From the sequence record OP292654.1: DNA of 64,000 nt, one strand, 5' to 3'. Shown here one piece after another: positions 46,361-59,256 of this stretch (its first letter is position 1; every line of letters begins with the position of its first letter). Position numbers and translations under genes: made by a program. Below the pieces are notes generated by a model that searched no databases, was not told the origin of the DNA, and worked only from the letters and a program-made list of their open reading frames with translations.

Positions 46361-46377
46361 TATTCTTACTTAATTAG

Positions 46378-48539
<2,162 letters not shown>

Positions 48540-48540
<1 letters not shown>

Positions 48541-50990
48541 TGCCAAGTAAAAGTAAAGCACAGGCACATTTAATGGCTGCTGCCGCTCATAATCCAGATA
48601 TTGCTAAAGATGCTGGAATTGATCAAAGTGTCGCTCATGATTTTAATAAAGCTGACGAGAAGGAAGGGAATCTTAAGAAAGGTTCAGATCTTCCATCTCA
48701 TGTATCAGAAGAAGTAGAGCTTGATGAAGCAAGTGGTGTTGGTATCATTAAAGTACCGCAAACTCTACTAAAACAAGTTCAAAAATATGTTGGTTCTGTT
48801 CTATTAACAATGGGTGTAATGAAACAACATGATTTACAAAATAAAGGTTACGAATCCGAATCTGAGGCACTACTAAATTTCCTCCGTAGATTCCAACGAA
48901 AATATGGGGCGTCAGTATTGACTCCTGTTGATTTAAAAAAATATATCAATAGTAGTACTAATTTACATATTGATACTGATGATTTGTATAACTCATTACC
49001 AGAGAATTTAAAAAAGAATCCACGAACTAAAGAATTGATTGATAATCTTACTATTAAGATGAAAATCAGTAATCAGTTCCTTGATAAAGGTGGTAGTAGT
49101 GCTGTACGTGGTACTCAAAATAATTTAGATTTAGGTATTCCATCTTATGAAGATATTAAGAATACTAATCTTGATGGTGTAGCTCGTTCGCTTAATTATG
49201 CTATTGGTACAGTGGAACATGAACTTCAACATACTATTCAACAAGTTGTTAATAGAAATTTAAATCCAAAAGATCAACAAGCACATCAGCATCCTGATTA
49301 TATTTCAGGAAAAGATCCAGAAGCATACTATCGTGGTGGTATTGAATTTGGCCCTCAAGTAAAAGATTTAGCTAACTTCGCAAATGAATGGCTTGAAGAA
49401 CATCCAGATTCGCTCACTGGTAACAAAAATACAGATATTTCTAAAGCAATCCAACATGTTTTAAGATCATTCCCACAGGCTAACTTGGTGAAAGAACTTA
49501 GAAAGTACAAAGAAGATGCTCGTGCTAACAAGGCAATGAAACTGATTTATCGTGAAGTTAGTAACTTCTATGATAATGAATTACATGCTGAAGATAATCA
49601 TGAGTTTGACAGTACTGAAAAAGATATTTCAGATGGACATGAATTTGAACGTGACCAGGAATATCCAGAAGCTGGTGATAGCCTGATGGGTGATTTGTAT
49701 TTGAAAGTATGGCGTGAATTTGGCGAACGTCCACACATTCATGGATTGAGTAACGCTCACGATCCTGAACAATTCACATTACGTGTTGATGGTGGTTATA
49801 CTCCATATAATTTAGTATTCCGTCATGGTCACAGAGATGATTATTTCATTCTTGTTCAACCAGATGATGGTGAGAAAATTCGTTTAGATTTTACTAAAGA
49901 GCAAATGGCTAAATTACCAGTTAACTATCTTGGCAATATGCGTGGTATTGAAGAACTACAAAAAATGATTGAACAAGAAAACGCACCTGATGCTAATCTA
50001 GAAGGTATGTTATTCGCAGTCGAGAATATCAATGAGAACGCAGGATTTTTCAATCGTGATAGTTCACGTAAAGTACAATTTGATGACTACGTACAAGAAG
50101 AAGGATTCTTTTTGGTACATATGGCAGATGTAAAAGCAAAAATTGTTTGCCAAACGTCAGGAAAAATGTATACTGTTGATATTGATGATGGTGAAAATAA
50201 TTTTATCGGTTCAGAAAAAGAAATCGAAGAATTGTTCACTAAGATTTTTGAAGCATATTATAATCCAGAAGTTCAACCACGCCACATAAACAAAGCATTA
50301 CAGTACTCAGAATCTATTGCTGATTTTGATGAATCATTAGCTTATTATGTTGAGCGTACTGCTAAACGTAAAGAACGTGGTGAAGCAGCTATGGCAGAAT
50401 CAAGTATGCGTGGTCTAGCAGACATTGTACAAAATGCTGAGCTAGAACATGACATGGATGATGCTGAAGAACAAGAGCTAATTAATAAAGGTGTTCTAGA
50501 AGAAATGCCACTTAAATATGATTCGTTTATGGGAATGGACCCACAAGTGTACGTAGATAAGGAAGCACAAGCTAATACACCAAAGAACATGACTCCAGTC
50601 AAGAATCATGGTGAGTGGACAACTTATCGTGGTCATGATGGATACATGGCATATGACAATGATACTGGTGAAGCAATCGCTACAGTTAAAGGTCATGTGG
50701 ATGAAGGATGGTTTAACGTTGATGTAACAGCTTCTAGCCGTTCGGTTAAAGGTGTAGTTTATCAAATGTTTATGGATATTGTTAAAGTTGAAGGTACTCC
50801 AATTTTGAGTGGACGCCTACAATCAGATGATGCCATAAAATTCTGGCAAAGACTAATTCAGTCACATAAAGTATATGTGGTTGCTAATGGTGAAGTACTA
50901 CAAGCTGCTACACCAGAAAAATTCCATAAGTACTGGAGTGATGAAGAAGGTTCGCCACAATCGCAGTTCCAACTTTTACTAGTCAAATAA
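48540..50990 (+). CDS. Multidomain putative virion protein: HExxH zincin-like domain and C-terminal GNAT-like domain
   Basis: HELQH at 49218-49232; paralogous to the upstream gene; C-terminal QSDDAIKFWQRL resembles GNAT motif B. Confidence 0.5.
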
Positions 50991-50999
50991 AGGCAAAAT

Positions 51000-51371
51000 A
51001 TGATAACCACGATTTTTATCTTACTATTCGTGTACCAAATTAAACATCTACTATGTGATTACTTTTTCCAAGGTCGTTACATGCTAGGTAAATTCAAAGA
51101 AGAAGGGTGGGAACTACCACTAACAGCACATGCTGCCACGCACCTTGTAGGTACGTTGTTGATAGCTTTGTGTGCTGGTGCTACAACACAGATAGCTATC
51201 GCTGTAGCACTACTTGATTTTGGAATACATTTTGTGGTTGATAAAATCAAAGTCGAGGCATCTCGCAGTACTGATCATAGTAAGCCCGAATTCTGGTGGT
51301 ACTTAGGTATTGACCAGATGGCTCACCATATTACACACTACGTGATAATCGCTATATTGGTTCTACTATAA
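51000..51371 (+). CDS. DUF3307-family membrane protein
   Basis: HLLCDYFFQ, HFVVDKIK and GIDQMAHH. Confidence 0.8.
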   Translation: MITTIFILLFVYQIKHLLCDYFFQGRYMLGKFKEEGWELPLTAHAATHLVGTLLIALCAGATTQIAIAVALLDFGIHFVVDKIKVEASRSTDHSKPEFWWYLGIDQMAHHITHYVIIAILVLL

Positions 51372-51375
51372 ATAT

Positions 51376-51406
51376 TAACGACGCAGAGATGCGTCGTTAT
51401 TTTTTT
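51376..51406 (+). terminator. Intrinsic terminator
   Basis: TAACGACGCA-GAGA-TGCGTCGTTA-TTTTTTT. Confidence 0.8.
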
Positions 51407-51434
51407 GGAACAAAGAAACAATTTATGCTATAAT
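51406..51434 (+). promoter_or_regulatory. Phage promoter TGGAAC-N17-TATAAT
   Basis: Matches the consensus; upstream of topoisomerase. Confidence 0.7.
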
Positions 51435-51465
51435 GCAATGGCTAAGAAACAAAAAGGAATTTGAA

Positions 51466-53451
51466 ATGGCAAAGGAAAAGAAAAGTTCTGTTCTCGCTGA
51501 ACATGGTGTACAGCAATTAACTGAATATCAACATGCTCGTATCCGTACTGAAATGTATTTGGGTTCGAAGTCTGAACACGAACAACCTGTACTTCTCTTT
51601 GGAGAAGAAGGTTTCAATGTGCAAAACTTAGGTTGGGTTCCTGCCCTACTAACATCTTTCCGCGAAATCGTGGATAACTCACTGGATGAATTCGTAAAAG
51701 CTGGTACACGAGATCCAGTACTGAAAGTTCAGTATAATCCTGATGAATTAGAATTTGAAATTAGCGATAACGGTCGTGGTATTCCAATCGACTATGTACC
51801 AGAAACACAGAAACATGTGTGTACTATGGTTCTAACCGAAATGAAAACTGGACGTAACTTTAACGATGATGAACGTACTAACGTTATCGGGATGAACGGC
51901 TTAGGTGGTTCAGTAGTTATGATCGTATCCGAGAAAGCTGAAATCGAAATTCATCGTGCAGGTAAACCGTACAAAACCGATAAAGCCAACTCTGAATATG
52001 ATGGTACATATAAATTTACTCAAAAGTTCACTGAGGGTACGACAATGTTCCCTGAACTTGGTATTAATGAACCTAGTATTCGAAAAATACAAGCAGATAA
52101 AACTGGCACTACAGTACGATTCAAAATAAGTAAAGAAGTATTCAAAGTACATACTTTACCATTAGAACTCGTATATAGTATCCTTAAAGAAATCGCAGCA
52201 GCGAATCCATCATACAAAATTTTCTTGAATGGTGAACGTATTGTGATTCCGAAGAAAGGTCTATTCTCTGCTAATAAAAACACCATGACATTAAAAGTGG
52301 AAGATACTGAAATTGGTTTTGACAGTACTTTCTATATTGTTCCTGGTGTAGTTGAAGGACTAAGCACCAACTTACATATGCAAGGTCTAGTAAACAACGC
52401 ACCATCTTTAGAAGGTGGTACACACTTAGATACTTTCCAGAAGAAATTTGCTCTAGGAGTAATTAAAGCTCTGGAACGTGAAACTAAGAAACGCAAACTA
52501 ACGCCCAATCGTTCTGATGTTGAAGAAGGCTTGTTGATTTATAACATCACTAAGATGAATACACCAACATTCAACTCACAAATCAAAACGAAGCTAACTA
52601 ATGAAAATGTAATTAAACCAGTACAAAACGCAATGACTGATGAATTCTTTGCTGACCTTGTTAAGAAAAACAAGGATTGGGTAGAAGACATTTATGCTCG
52701 TTGTGCGGAACGTACTAATAAGAAAGATGCCGATGAAGATCGAAAGATGGCTAAACGTTTACTTAAAGGTAAAGTAGCTAAACTTCGTGATGCTAACGGT
52801 TCTGACCGTTCTAAATGTATTCTTCTTATCGCAGAGGGTGATTCCGCAGTATCTTCAATGACTGCTGCTAGGAACTCTGAAATTCATGGTATTCTACCTA
52901 TGCGTGGTAAACCACAAAACGTAAGTGGGAAGGAAAAAACAAAAGACCTAATGGGAAAGACAGATGATAAGCCATCAGCTATTCAAGACATTATGGCATC
53001 TCTAAATTTAATTCCCGGAGAAAAAGCTATTCGTGAAAATCTTCATTTCGGTAAACTATATGTTTGTGCTGATGAAGATGAAGATGGTAAGAACATTGGT
53101 GCTCTTGTAGTTAACTTCTTCTATAAATTTTGGCCTGAATTATTCCAAGATCCAGAAAATCCATTTATCTATATTTTCAAGACTCCATTCATTATCCTTG
53201 AGAAAGGTAAAGAAACGAGTTACTTCTATGGTCATAATGTCCATGAATACAATCCTGATGATTGGAAAGGTTGGAAAGCGACACGTGCTAAAGGTCTAGG
53301 TACTCTTGAAGTATCTAACTTCCGTGATGCTCTAACTAACGGTGTAGCTGTTCCAATTATTGATGATGGCACTCTAGGTGAAACCCTAGATTTGATCTTC
53401 AATAAAGAACGAGCTGATGATCGTAAAGATTGGACTCGTGAACAGGAATAA
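51466..53451 (+). CDS. Type II topoisomerase ATPase/TOPRIM subunit (gp39+60-like)
   Basis: EIVDNSLDE, DNGRGIP, GMNGLGG, AEGDSA, PMRGK, DEDEDG and KGLGT. Confidence 0.95.
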   Translation: MAKEKKSSVLAEHGVQQLTEYQHARIRTEMYLGSKSEHEQPVLLFGEEGFNVQNLGWVPALLTSFREIVDNSLDEFVKAGTRDPVLKVQYNPDELEFEISDNGRGIPIDYVPETQKHVCTMVLTEMKTGRNFNDDERTNVIGMNGLGGSVVMIVSEKAEIEIHRAGKPYKTDKANSEYDGTYKFTQKFTEGTTMFPELGINEPSIRKIQADKTGTTVRFKISKEVFKVHTLPLELVYSILKEIAAANPSYKIFLNGERIVIPKKGLFSANKNTMTLKVEDTEIGFDSTFYIVPGVVEGLSTNLHMQGLVNNAPSLEGGTHLDTFQKKFALGVIKALERETKKRKLTPNRSDVEEGLLIYNITKMNTPTFNSQIKTKLTNENVIKPVQNAMTDEFFADLVKKNKDWVEDIYARCAERTNKKDADEDRKMAKRLLKGKVAKLRDANGSDRSKCILLIAEGDSAVSSMTAARNSEIHGILPMRGKPQNVSGKEKTKDLMGKTDDKPSAIQDIMASLNLIPGEKAIRENLHFGKLYVCADEDEDGKNIGALVVNFFYKFWPELFQDPENPFIYIFKTPFIILEKGKETSYFYGHNVHEYNPDDWKGWKATRAKGLGTLEVSNFRDALTNGVAVPIIDDGTLGETLDLIFNKERADDRKDWTREQE

Positions 53452-53463
53452 ATGTAATTATTA

Positions 53464-53490
53464 GTGGGGAACATGAATGTTCCCCGTATT
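53464..53490 (+). terminator. Hairpin between topoisomerase genes
   Basis: GGGGAACAT-GA-ATGTTCCCC; weak U-tract. Confidence 0.45.
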
Positions 53491-53507
53491 AACAAAGAGG
53501 CAATGGA

Positions 53508-54923
53508 ATGCGTAAATCAACTAAAAAAACCCAATCTGAAATTGTACCAAATGCTCTAACTCTGTTAGACTATGGTAGTTCAGAATATATCAATCAATCA
53601 TCCCTAGAATATGCTTTGAGCACTTTTGATCGTGCTCTACCTGGAATTGATGGATTTAAAAACTCACAGCGTAAAGCTATCTTCACACTGAGTAAAGTAA
53701 GTGGTGAAATCAAAACTGTATCTTGTGCTGGTCGTATGATTAGCGATGGTATCTATCTTCATGGTGATGCTTCTGCTAGTGGTACTCTACAAAACCTAGC
53801 AAGTCCAGTTGTGAATAACTATCCTCTTATCGGTAAGCGTGGAGGTTTTGGTACACAGGTTAATCCTGAGCCAGCAAGCCCACGTTATACATATGTGAAG
53901 AAAACTAAACTCACTGAAGCTTTAGTACTTCGTGATATGGATGTAGTACCGATGCAAGAAAACTATGACGGTACTACAATGGAACCTAAGTTCTTTCTAC
54001 CAATTATTCCACTAGCACTACTTGGTGTTGATGGTACAGCTACCGCATATAAAAGTTTTATCTTCCCATATCGTATGAACGAAATCATTGAGAATACTCT
54101 CCGTGCTATCCGTGGTGAAGAACTTTTAGAAATGATGCCGTACTACGCGAGTTATGGTGCGAACGATTATGTTGAAGACCGTGGAGAAGGTAAATATACT
54201 TTCTTTGGAAAAGCTGAAGTAATCGATGCAAGTACTGTTCGTATTACTGGCTTAGCTCCACGTATGAAACTAGAAAAATTCGTTGAAGACTTGATCGCAA
54301 TGGAAGATTCAGGTAAAATTCGTAGTTATGATGATAACAGTTCTGGTAAAGTTGACATTACCATAAAACTACCACGTGGTCTTTCGGCTTCATGGTCAGA
54401 AATGGATGTGCTTCAGTATTTTGACATTTCAACAAAATTAGCACATACCCTCAATGTTTTAGGTGAAAACGGAAAAGTAAAAAGTTACAACACCGTTCAG
54501 GAGATAATCCAGGACTTCGTTCAGTTCCGATTCAAATACTACATCAAGCGTTATGAAAAACTTCTAGCTGATGCTGACGCAGAAGTGCGTTACAAAATTT
54601 TAGTAAAAGAATGTTTCGATAATGACATGACTGTAAAGATCAAAGAATTTGAGAACCGTGCTGAAGTTGTTGACTTCGTAACATCACTGAATGGTGAAAT
54701 TGAAGCATCAGATGAAAACATTCAGAACATTGTGAACTTCGCAGCGTATCGTTGGACTAAAGAAAACTACGTTAAGGTAAATCAAGAAATTGAAGATGCT
54801 TTAGCGAAGATGGATGAATACAGTGATTTGCTACAGAACCACGACAAGATTTGGAAGATTTACGAAGAAGAACTCGTAGAACTTCTCAACATGAATATCG
54901 TCTATAAAGAAGACGATGAATGA
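53508..54923 (+). CDS. 52: Type II topoisomerase cleavage subunit (gp52-like)
   Basis: DGFKNSQRK, YLHGDAS and ASPRYT (catalytic Tyr). Confidence 0.93.
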   Translation: MRKSTKKTQSEIVPNALTLLDYGSSEYINQSSLEYALSTFDRALPGIDGFKNSQRKAIFTLSKVSGEIKTVSCAGRMISDGIYLHGDASASGTLQNLASPVVNNYPLIGKRGGFGTQVNPEPASPRYTYVKKTKLTEALVLRDMDVVPMQENYDGTTMEPKFFLPIIPLALLGVDGTATAYKSFIFPYRMNEIIENTLRAIRGEELLEMMPYYASYGANDYVEDRGEGKYTFFGKAEVIDASTVRITGLAPRMKLEKFVEDLIAMEDSGKIRSYDDNSSGKVDITIKLPRGLSASWSEMDVLQYFDISTKLAHTLNVLGENGKVKSYNTVQEIIQDFVQFRFKYYIKRYEKLLADADAEVRYKILVKECFDNDMTVKIKEFENRAEVVDFVTSLNGEIEASDENIQNIVNFAAYRWTKENYVKVNQEIEDALAKMDEYSDLLQNHDKIWKIYEEELVELLNMNIVYKEDDE

Positions 54924-54926
54924 TTT

Positions 54927-54956
54927 TAAGGACGCTTCGGCGTCCTTTATTTTTAA
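54927..54956 (+). terminator. Intrinsic terminator
   Basis: AAGGACGC-TTCG-GCGTCCTT-T-rich. Confidence 0.85.
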
Positions 54957-55008
54957 TTAAGGCCATTGAATAAATACGACAAAGCTTTTTATGTTTTGGA
55001 GATTAGAT

Positions 55009-57378
55009 ATGGCAAACTTCGAACCCCAATGGGATTTGATCGCTGACACCAATACAATTCAAGAAGGACAAACCACGTATTTTAGACTACGTTTGAAAAA
55101 AAGTCAATCAACTTCACCCAACAATACATATGTTTTAGCAGATGACCAGTACTTGGAATTTACCTATAATATAGTCGGGGCAGGTGAGACTTTAGAAGAA
55201 CGAGATTTTATAGTTACGGTAGGTGAAAGTACTTCTTCATTAGTTCCAATTGGCAACGCAGGAACTGGCTCAACCTCTATTCAAGGTACACACGTTGTAA
55301 AATTCAATACTAACTCATATGATTTAAGTACTGTTTCTTATATTGATGCTTACTACTTTAAGATAGAATGTCCACAAGATGGAATTTGGGATGGTCCAGA
55401 ATCATTAACATTTAATATTGACAGCATCAATGTAATTACATTACTAGATGGTCAAGTAGCAAATACGCTACCGAGCGGTGTTCTCGGAACAACTTCAAGT
55501 ACTTTGAATTATAACACCACAAACGAAGTCTGGTTAACACCAGGATTGACAACACATGGCTCTAACCTGTATACTATTGGTGGTGTAGGTTATGGTGCTG
55601 AAAGTCGTCTTTTCGTACAAGCATTCGGAAGAAGTCAAACAATAAGCGGAAATACGAATGTATTCATGCCAGCATATGAAGTACTGACTATTCTTGATTC
55701 AGAAAAACCCAACACTCATATTACTGGTTCAGGTACAATCTTAGTTCCAGATTTAAGTGCTGGTCTAATTGAAGAAATACCATTACTGGTTAAAGATAGT
55801 ACTGGAAACCTTGTTAATACTGGATTAAAATTCAATGGTAACAATGGTCAAATTCTTCAAACTATGCTTTATGATTCAGACCCAATTGATGCTTATATAA
55901 AGATTCGTGTTGTTTCAGTTAAGCGTTTTTACAATACAGAAGCTGATGCTTATTATGTTGGTAAACGTTTCCGTGCGTATCATACTTGGGTAGCACCATC
56001 CGATACATCGGACTTCCATGAAGAACCAACAAGTGGTCATTTATATCAATTAAAAGATACCACAACATATCCATATGTTGTTGGTGAAGAAACCTTTGAA
56101 GGTAATTCTGTTATTTCCTACGATCCAAATAAATGGTACGATCTAGGTATCTATAACGAATCTCTAGGTTCAGGAATTATCAACAGTACTAGAATCTTTC
56201 GTGTTATTCTTAATGATAATACCGGTTCTGATTTATCATTTGAAACTGATTCCAATTTAGGTACTATTCACGTTGGTGAATATTTTGGTCATACAGTTTA
56301 TCCCAAAATTGTTGCTAGTGGTTCAGACCTTGTAACTTATGAAATCAATGAAAGTACTTCACCGAATGATATTCGTAAGTACGGATTAGATTTAAGTGCT
56401 GATGGCTTAATGATTGGTACAGCATATGCTTTAAGTTCAGATTTCTCAGCTAATGATGATATTAAACTTGAGTTTGATGTAGTCGCTACTGGAAAAAATG
56501 GTAAATCCTTAACACAACGTTTCAATATTACTATTGTTCGTGGTTTTGGACAGAATTTTATTAGTGCTGATATTCAACCTTCTTTAACTATGGAACGTAC
56601 ATGGTTTAACACAATCAGTACTACAGCGTTTAGCCAAGCTCAGTACTATCGTGCGTCTGATCCACGTTTTGGTATTCGTAAAATTCCTCGAATTCTTCTT
56701 AAAGAGAATTATGTTGATACAACCAAAAATTGGCCTGGTATCAAACAAACTGTTACTAATATAAGAAACGGTATTGTAAACACAACTAGTGGTGCTCCAA
56801 CTCCTGACGGTTCATTCCGTTTAGTACTAGGGAATTATAAGGTTCGTTCTGCCCTTGACAATATCGGCAATGTACTGTATGATGTACTGTACCGTGAAGT
56901 ACATCCTGAAGGAACTCAAGTCAGTCTTAGTTTAAATCCATTAGTTTACACTGATTATAGTAACTCTATCATTTCTGAAATCTTCGGTTTACGTCAAAAT
57001 GTTTACTTAGTTTTAGGTGAAGATACAGTAAACTTATTAACCGACCCAACAGATCTAAATAACCGTGGAATCGTAGTAGATGCTATTGGTGGGTTATCTG
57101 ATGAAATGATTGATACTGTACCACGCTTCATGAACCATCCTTATGTAGAAGATAACATTCAACCAGAATACTTCCCAGGAATTGTAGTAGCTTACTTACA
57201 ACCAGGGCAGGGTGAATCATTCTTTAATACACTAATTCAGAATAATGAACATGGTGCGTTATTGAATTATGAGTTTGAAGTTACTGGAGTAGAATTCAGC
57301 TACTATGTACAAGATAATGCTCGTTACGAGCGTGAAAACTTTACGGCAACTTTAAAAGTGCCAAATCTATTTCAATAA
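55009..57378 (+). CDS. Putative baseplate/tail structural protein
   Basis: Large beta-rich Ser/Thr/Gly protein with Ig-like segments; TAAATA at 54971-54976. Confidence 0.6.
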   Translation: MANFEPQWDLIADTNTIQEGQTTYFRLRLKKSQSTSPNNTYVLADDQYLEFTYNIVGAGETLEERDFIVTVGESTSSLVPIGNAGTGSTSIQGTHVVKFNTNSYDLSTVSYIDAYYFKIECPQDGIWDGPESLTFNIDSINVITLLDGQVANTLPSGVLGTTSSTLNYNTTNEVWLTPGLTTHGSNLYTIGGVGYGAESRLFVQAFGRSQTISGNTNVFMPAYEVLTILDSEKPNTHITGSGTILVPDLSAGLIEEIPLLVKDSTGNLVNTGLKFNGNNGQILQTMLYDSDPIDAYIKIRVVSVKRFYNTEADAYYVGKRFRAYHTWVAPSDTSDFHEEPTSGHLYQLKDTTTYPYVVGEETFEGNSVISYDPNKWYDLGIYNESLGSGIINSTRIFRVILNDNTGSDLSFETDSNLGTIHVGEYFGHTVYPKIVASGSDLVTYEINESTSPNDIRKYGLDLSADGLMIGTAYALSSDFSANDDIKLEFDVVATGKNGKSLTQRFNITIVRGFGQNFISADIQPSLTMERTWFNTISTTAFSQAQYYRASDPRFGIRKIPRILLKENYVDTTKNWPGIKQTVTNIRNGIVNTTSGAPTPDGSFRLVLGNYKVRSALDNIGNVLYDVLYREVHPEGTQVSLSLNPLVYTDYSNSIISEIFGLRQNVYLVLGEDTVNLLTDPTDLNNRGIVVDAIGGLSDEMIDTVPRFMNHPYVEDNIQPEYFPGIVVAYLQPGQGESFFNTLIQNNEHGALLNYEFEVTGVEFSYYVQDNARYERENFTATLKVPNLFQ

Positions 57379-57389
57379 GGGGGATGTGT

Positions 57390-57701
57390 ATGTTCCATCC
57401 ATTTTTTGATTCTTCTTCTTTAAGTAATCAAGAGCTTTATGATAAAATCAATGAAGTCTCAATGCGTATTTCATCAGCACGAGTTGCTGGTGTACAATAT
57501 GAAATTATACAGCAAATGTTCTCTGTCATTCGTTCATGCGAAGAAGAACTTCGAACTCGCCAAGCAAGGGCTGATTTAGAAGCTCAACAGAAAGAAGCAG
57601 ATAACAAAACTGTATTTGATTCGGACAGTTATATTAACACTGGAACTGAAGATAAGAAGAATGAAAGTACAAGGAAATCGAACTATAAGCGAGGATGGTG
57701 A
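57390..57701 (+). CDS. Hypothetical protein
   Basis: ORF after the structural gene; coiled-coil. Confidence 0.7.
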   Translation: MFHPFFDSSSLSNQELYDKINEVSMRISSARVAGVQYEIIQQMFSVIRSCEEELRTRQARADLEAQQKEADNKTVFDSDSYINTGTEDKKNESTRKSNYKRGW

Positions 57702-58179
57702 CGTTCGCTTAGATCTGAACGCAGTTGTTTATGCTATTAATTGCGGAGCAGATATAACCTATATTCAACTTAATGAACAGGATGAAGCTGAACGATTAAA
57801 GTTCAATGATAACTGTAGAAAGTTCGGATTAGAAGAACGTATGCTAGATTACACTATAGAACATGATAAAAACCATGAACTGTGGCGTTATGATCCAGCT
57901 TATGATAAAATCAATCTAGAAGACTATTTTCTCAATTTGTGTAGTACCGATGTTCAACGTGAACGAGTACTATATGAATTGGGATTATACGAAAGCTATA
58001 ACATGACTAAACTACTTCGCTGTATGATATGGCTAGTAGATTATCTGAAAGAACATAATATCTTTTGGGGTTTAGGTCGTGGAAGTTCAGTGAGCAGCTA
58101 TTGTCTATTTCTGATAGAACTACACATGGTAGATTCTATTAAATACGACTTAGATGTTAACGAATTTTTGAAATGGTAA
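57661..58179 (+). CDS. DnaE/PolIII-alpha-like fragment (N-terminal part of split core)
   Basis: ERVLYEL...WGLGRGSSVSSYCLFLIELHMVDSIKYDL..EFLK corresponds to DnaE ERLETEL...[35 protein letters not shown]. Confidence 0.85.
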   Translation: MKVQGNRTISEDGDVRLDLNAVVYAINCGADITYIQLNEQDEAERLKFNDNCRKFGLEERMLDYTIEHDKNHELWRYDPAYDKINLEDYFLNLCSTDVQRERVLYELGLYESYNMTKLLRCMIWLVDYLKEHNIFWGLGRGSSVSSYCLFLIELHMVDSIKYDLDVNEFLKW

Positions 58180-58197
58180 CAAAATTTATGGTATAAT
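58169..58197 (+). promoter_or_regulatory. Phage promoter TGAAAT-N17-TATAAT
   Basis: Matches the consensus. Confidence 0.65.
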
Positions 58198-58223
58198 GTA
58201 CCTACAAATGAAAAGGGATTTTT

Positions 58224-58583
58224 ATGAAGAAACACACTAGCTATCGCGGTCAGAAGATCGATATGGAAATGTTGAAGTTCCAGCATCAACATAGTGTAGC
58301 TATTGGCAATGCCAATATGAACGCACGTGGTGATATTATCGGTCGAGGCGGCACAGTTATTAAGAAGCGTGAAGATCTATTAGCTGAACGTGAACGTGAA
58401 CTACAGAAACCTGATATTAGTCCAGAGCATCAAAGCCATTCAATGGCTCCAGATACTTTTGACTTCGCAGATACGGGTTTTGATGATGCACAATTCGAGA
58501 TTGAACCACAAGAACCAGTCGAAGAAAAGAAAGCACCAGTTAAACGTGCGAAAACTAAAGATGACGCTGCTGATCAAGAATAA
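58224..58583 (+). CDS. Hypothetical protein
   Basis: ORF downstream of a promoter. Confidence 0.7.
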   Translation: MKKHTSYRGQKIDMEMLKFQHQHSVAIGNANMNARGDIIGRGGTVIKKREDLLAERERELQKPDISPEHQSHSMAPDTFDFADTGFDDAQFEIEPQEPVEEKKAPVKRAKTKDDAADQE

Positions 58584-58593
58584 GGATATTCAA

Positions 58594-58914
58594 ATGGAGT
58601 CGAAAGTACTTACAGCTTGTAAAGGCAAAGTCCTTGTATCAGATTTAGATACAGGTGAACAAAAATTGAAATCCGGTATCGTACTAAGAGACGATGACGG
58701 TACTGTACGTGGTGTACATAGTCGTTGGGCTAAAGTATATTCCGTAGGTGAAGATGTTACTGAATTGAAACCTGGTGATTGGATTCTTGTGGCTCATGGT
58801 CGTTGGAGTAGAACAATTACTATTGATGATGTATCATTAAATTTAGTTGATTATCCTAAAGGCGTCCTCGCTGCTGCTGATGAACGTCCAGACTTCTTAG
58901 GTCTAGGATACTAA
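58594..58914 (+). CDS. Divergent GroES-like co-chaperonin
   Basis: KVLVSD, KSGIVL and AKVYSVGEDVTELKPGDWILV fit the GroES fold pattern; ATG at 58594. Confidence 0.7.
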   Translation: MESKVLTACKGKVLVSDLDTGEQKLKSGIVLRDDDGTVRGVHSRWAKVYSVGEDVTELKPGDWILVAHGRWSRTITIDDVSLNLVDYPKGVLAAADERPDFLGLGY

Positions 58915-58917
58915 TTT

Positions 58918-58947
58918 ATGCCCTGCTTAGTCAGGGCTTTCTTTTTG
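58918..58947 (+). terminator. Intrinsic terminator
   Basis: GCCCTG-CTTAGT-CAGGGC-TTTCTTTTT. Confidence 0.75.
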
Positions 58948-58957
58948 TCGGTATTTT

Positions 58958-59254
58958 ATGAGTGTAGAAAACGGAAAATTTAATTTCTATGATGTAGAAC
59001 TGGTAAGCACTAATCCTTCTGGTAAATTTTATTTCCAGACACCAAAGAGTAAAGGTAGAGTTTACGCAGTTGATGAAGAACAATTTAAGTTCATGTTGGT
59101 TACAGCCTCAGAAGCAAGAAGACTCGGTACTGAATATCCGAACCAATCTAATTCGTTGGATTACCTGTTAGACCAGTTAGAAATGACTGAAGAAATATTT
59201 ACAGCATTACTTTATCCAGAATGGATAAATGAAGACAATACTAAAAAGGAATAA
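58958..59254 (+). CDS. Hypothetical protein
   Basis: ORF directly before the clamp loader. Confidence 0.65.
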   Translation: MSVENGKFNFYDVELVSTNPSGKFYFQTPKSKGRVYAVDEEQFKFMLVTASEARRLGTEYPNQSNSLDYLLDQLEMTEEIFTALLYPEWINEDNTKKE

Positions 59255-59256
59255 GC

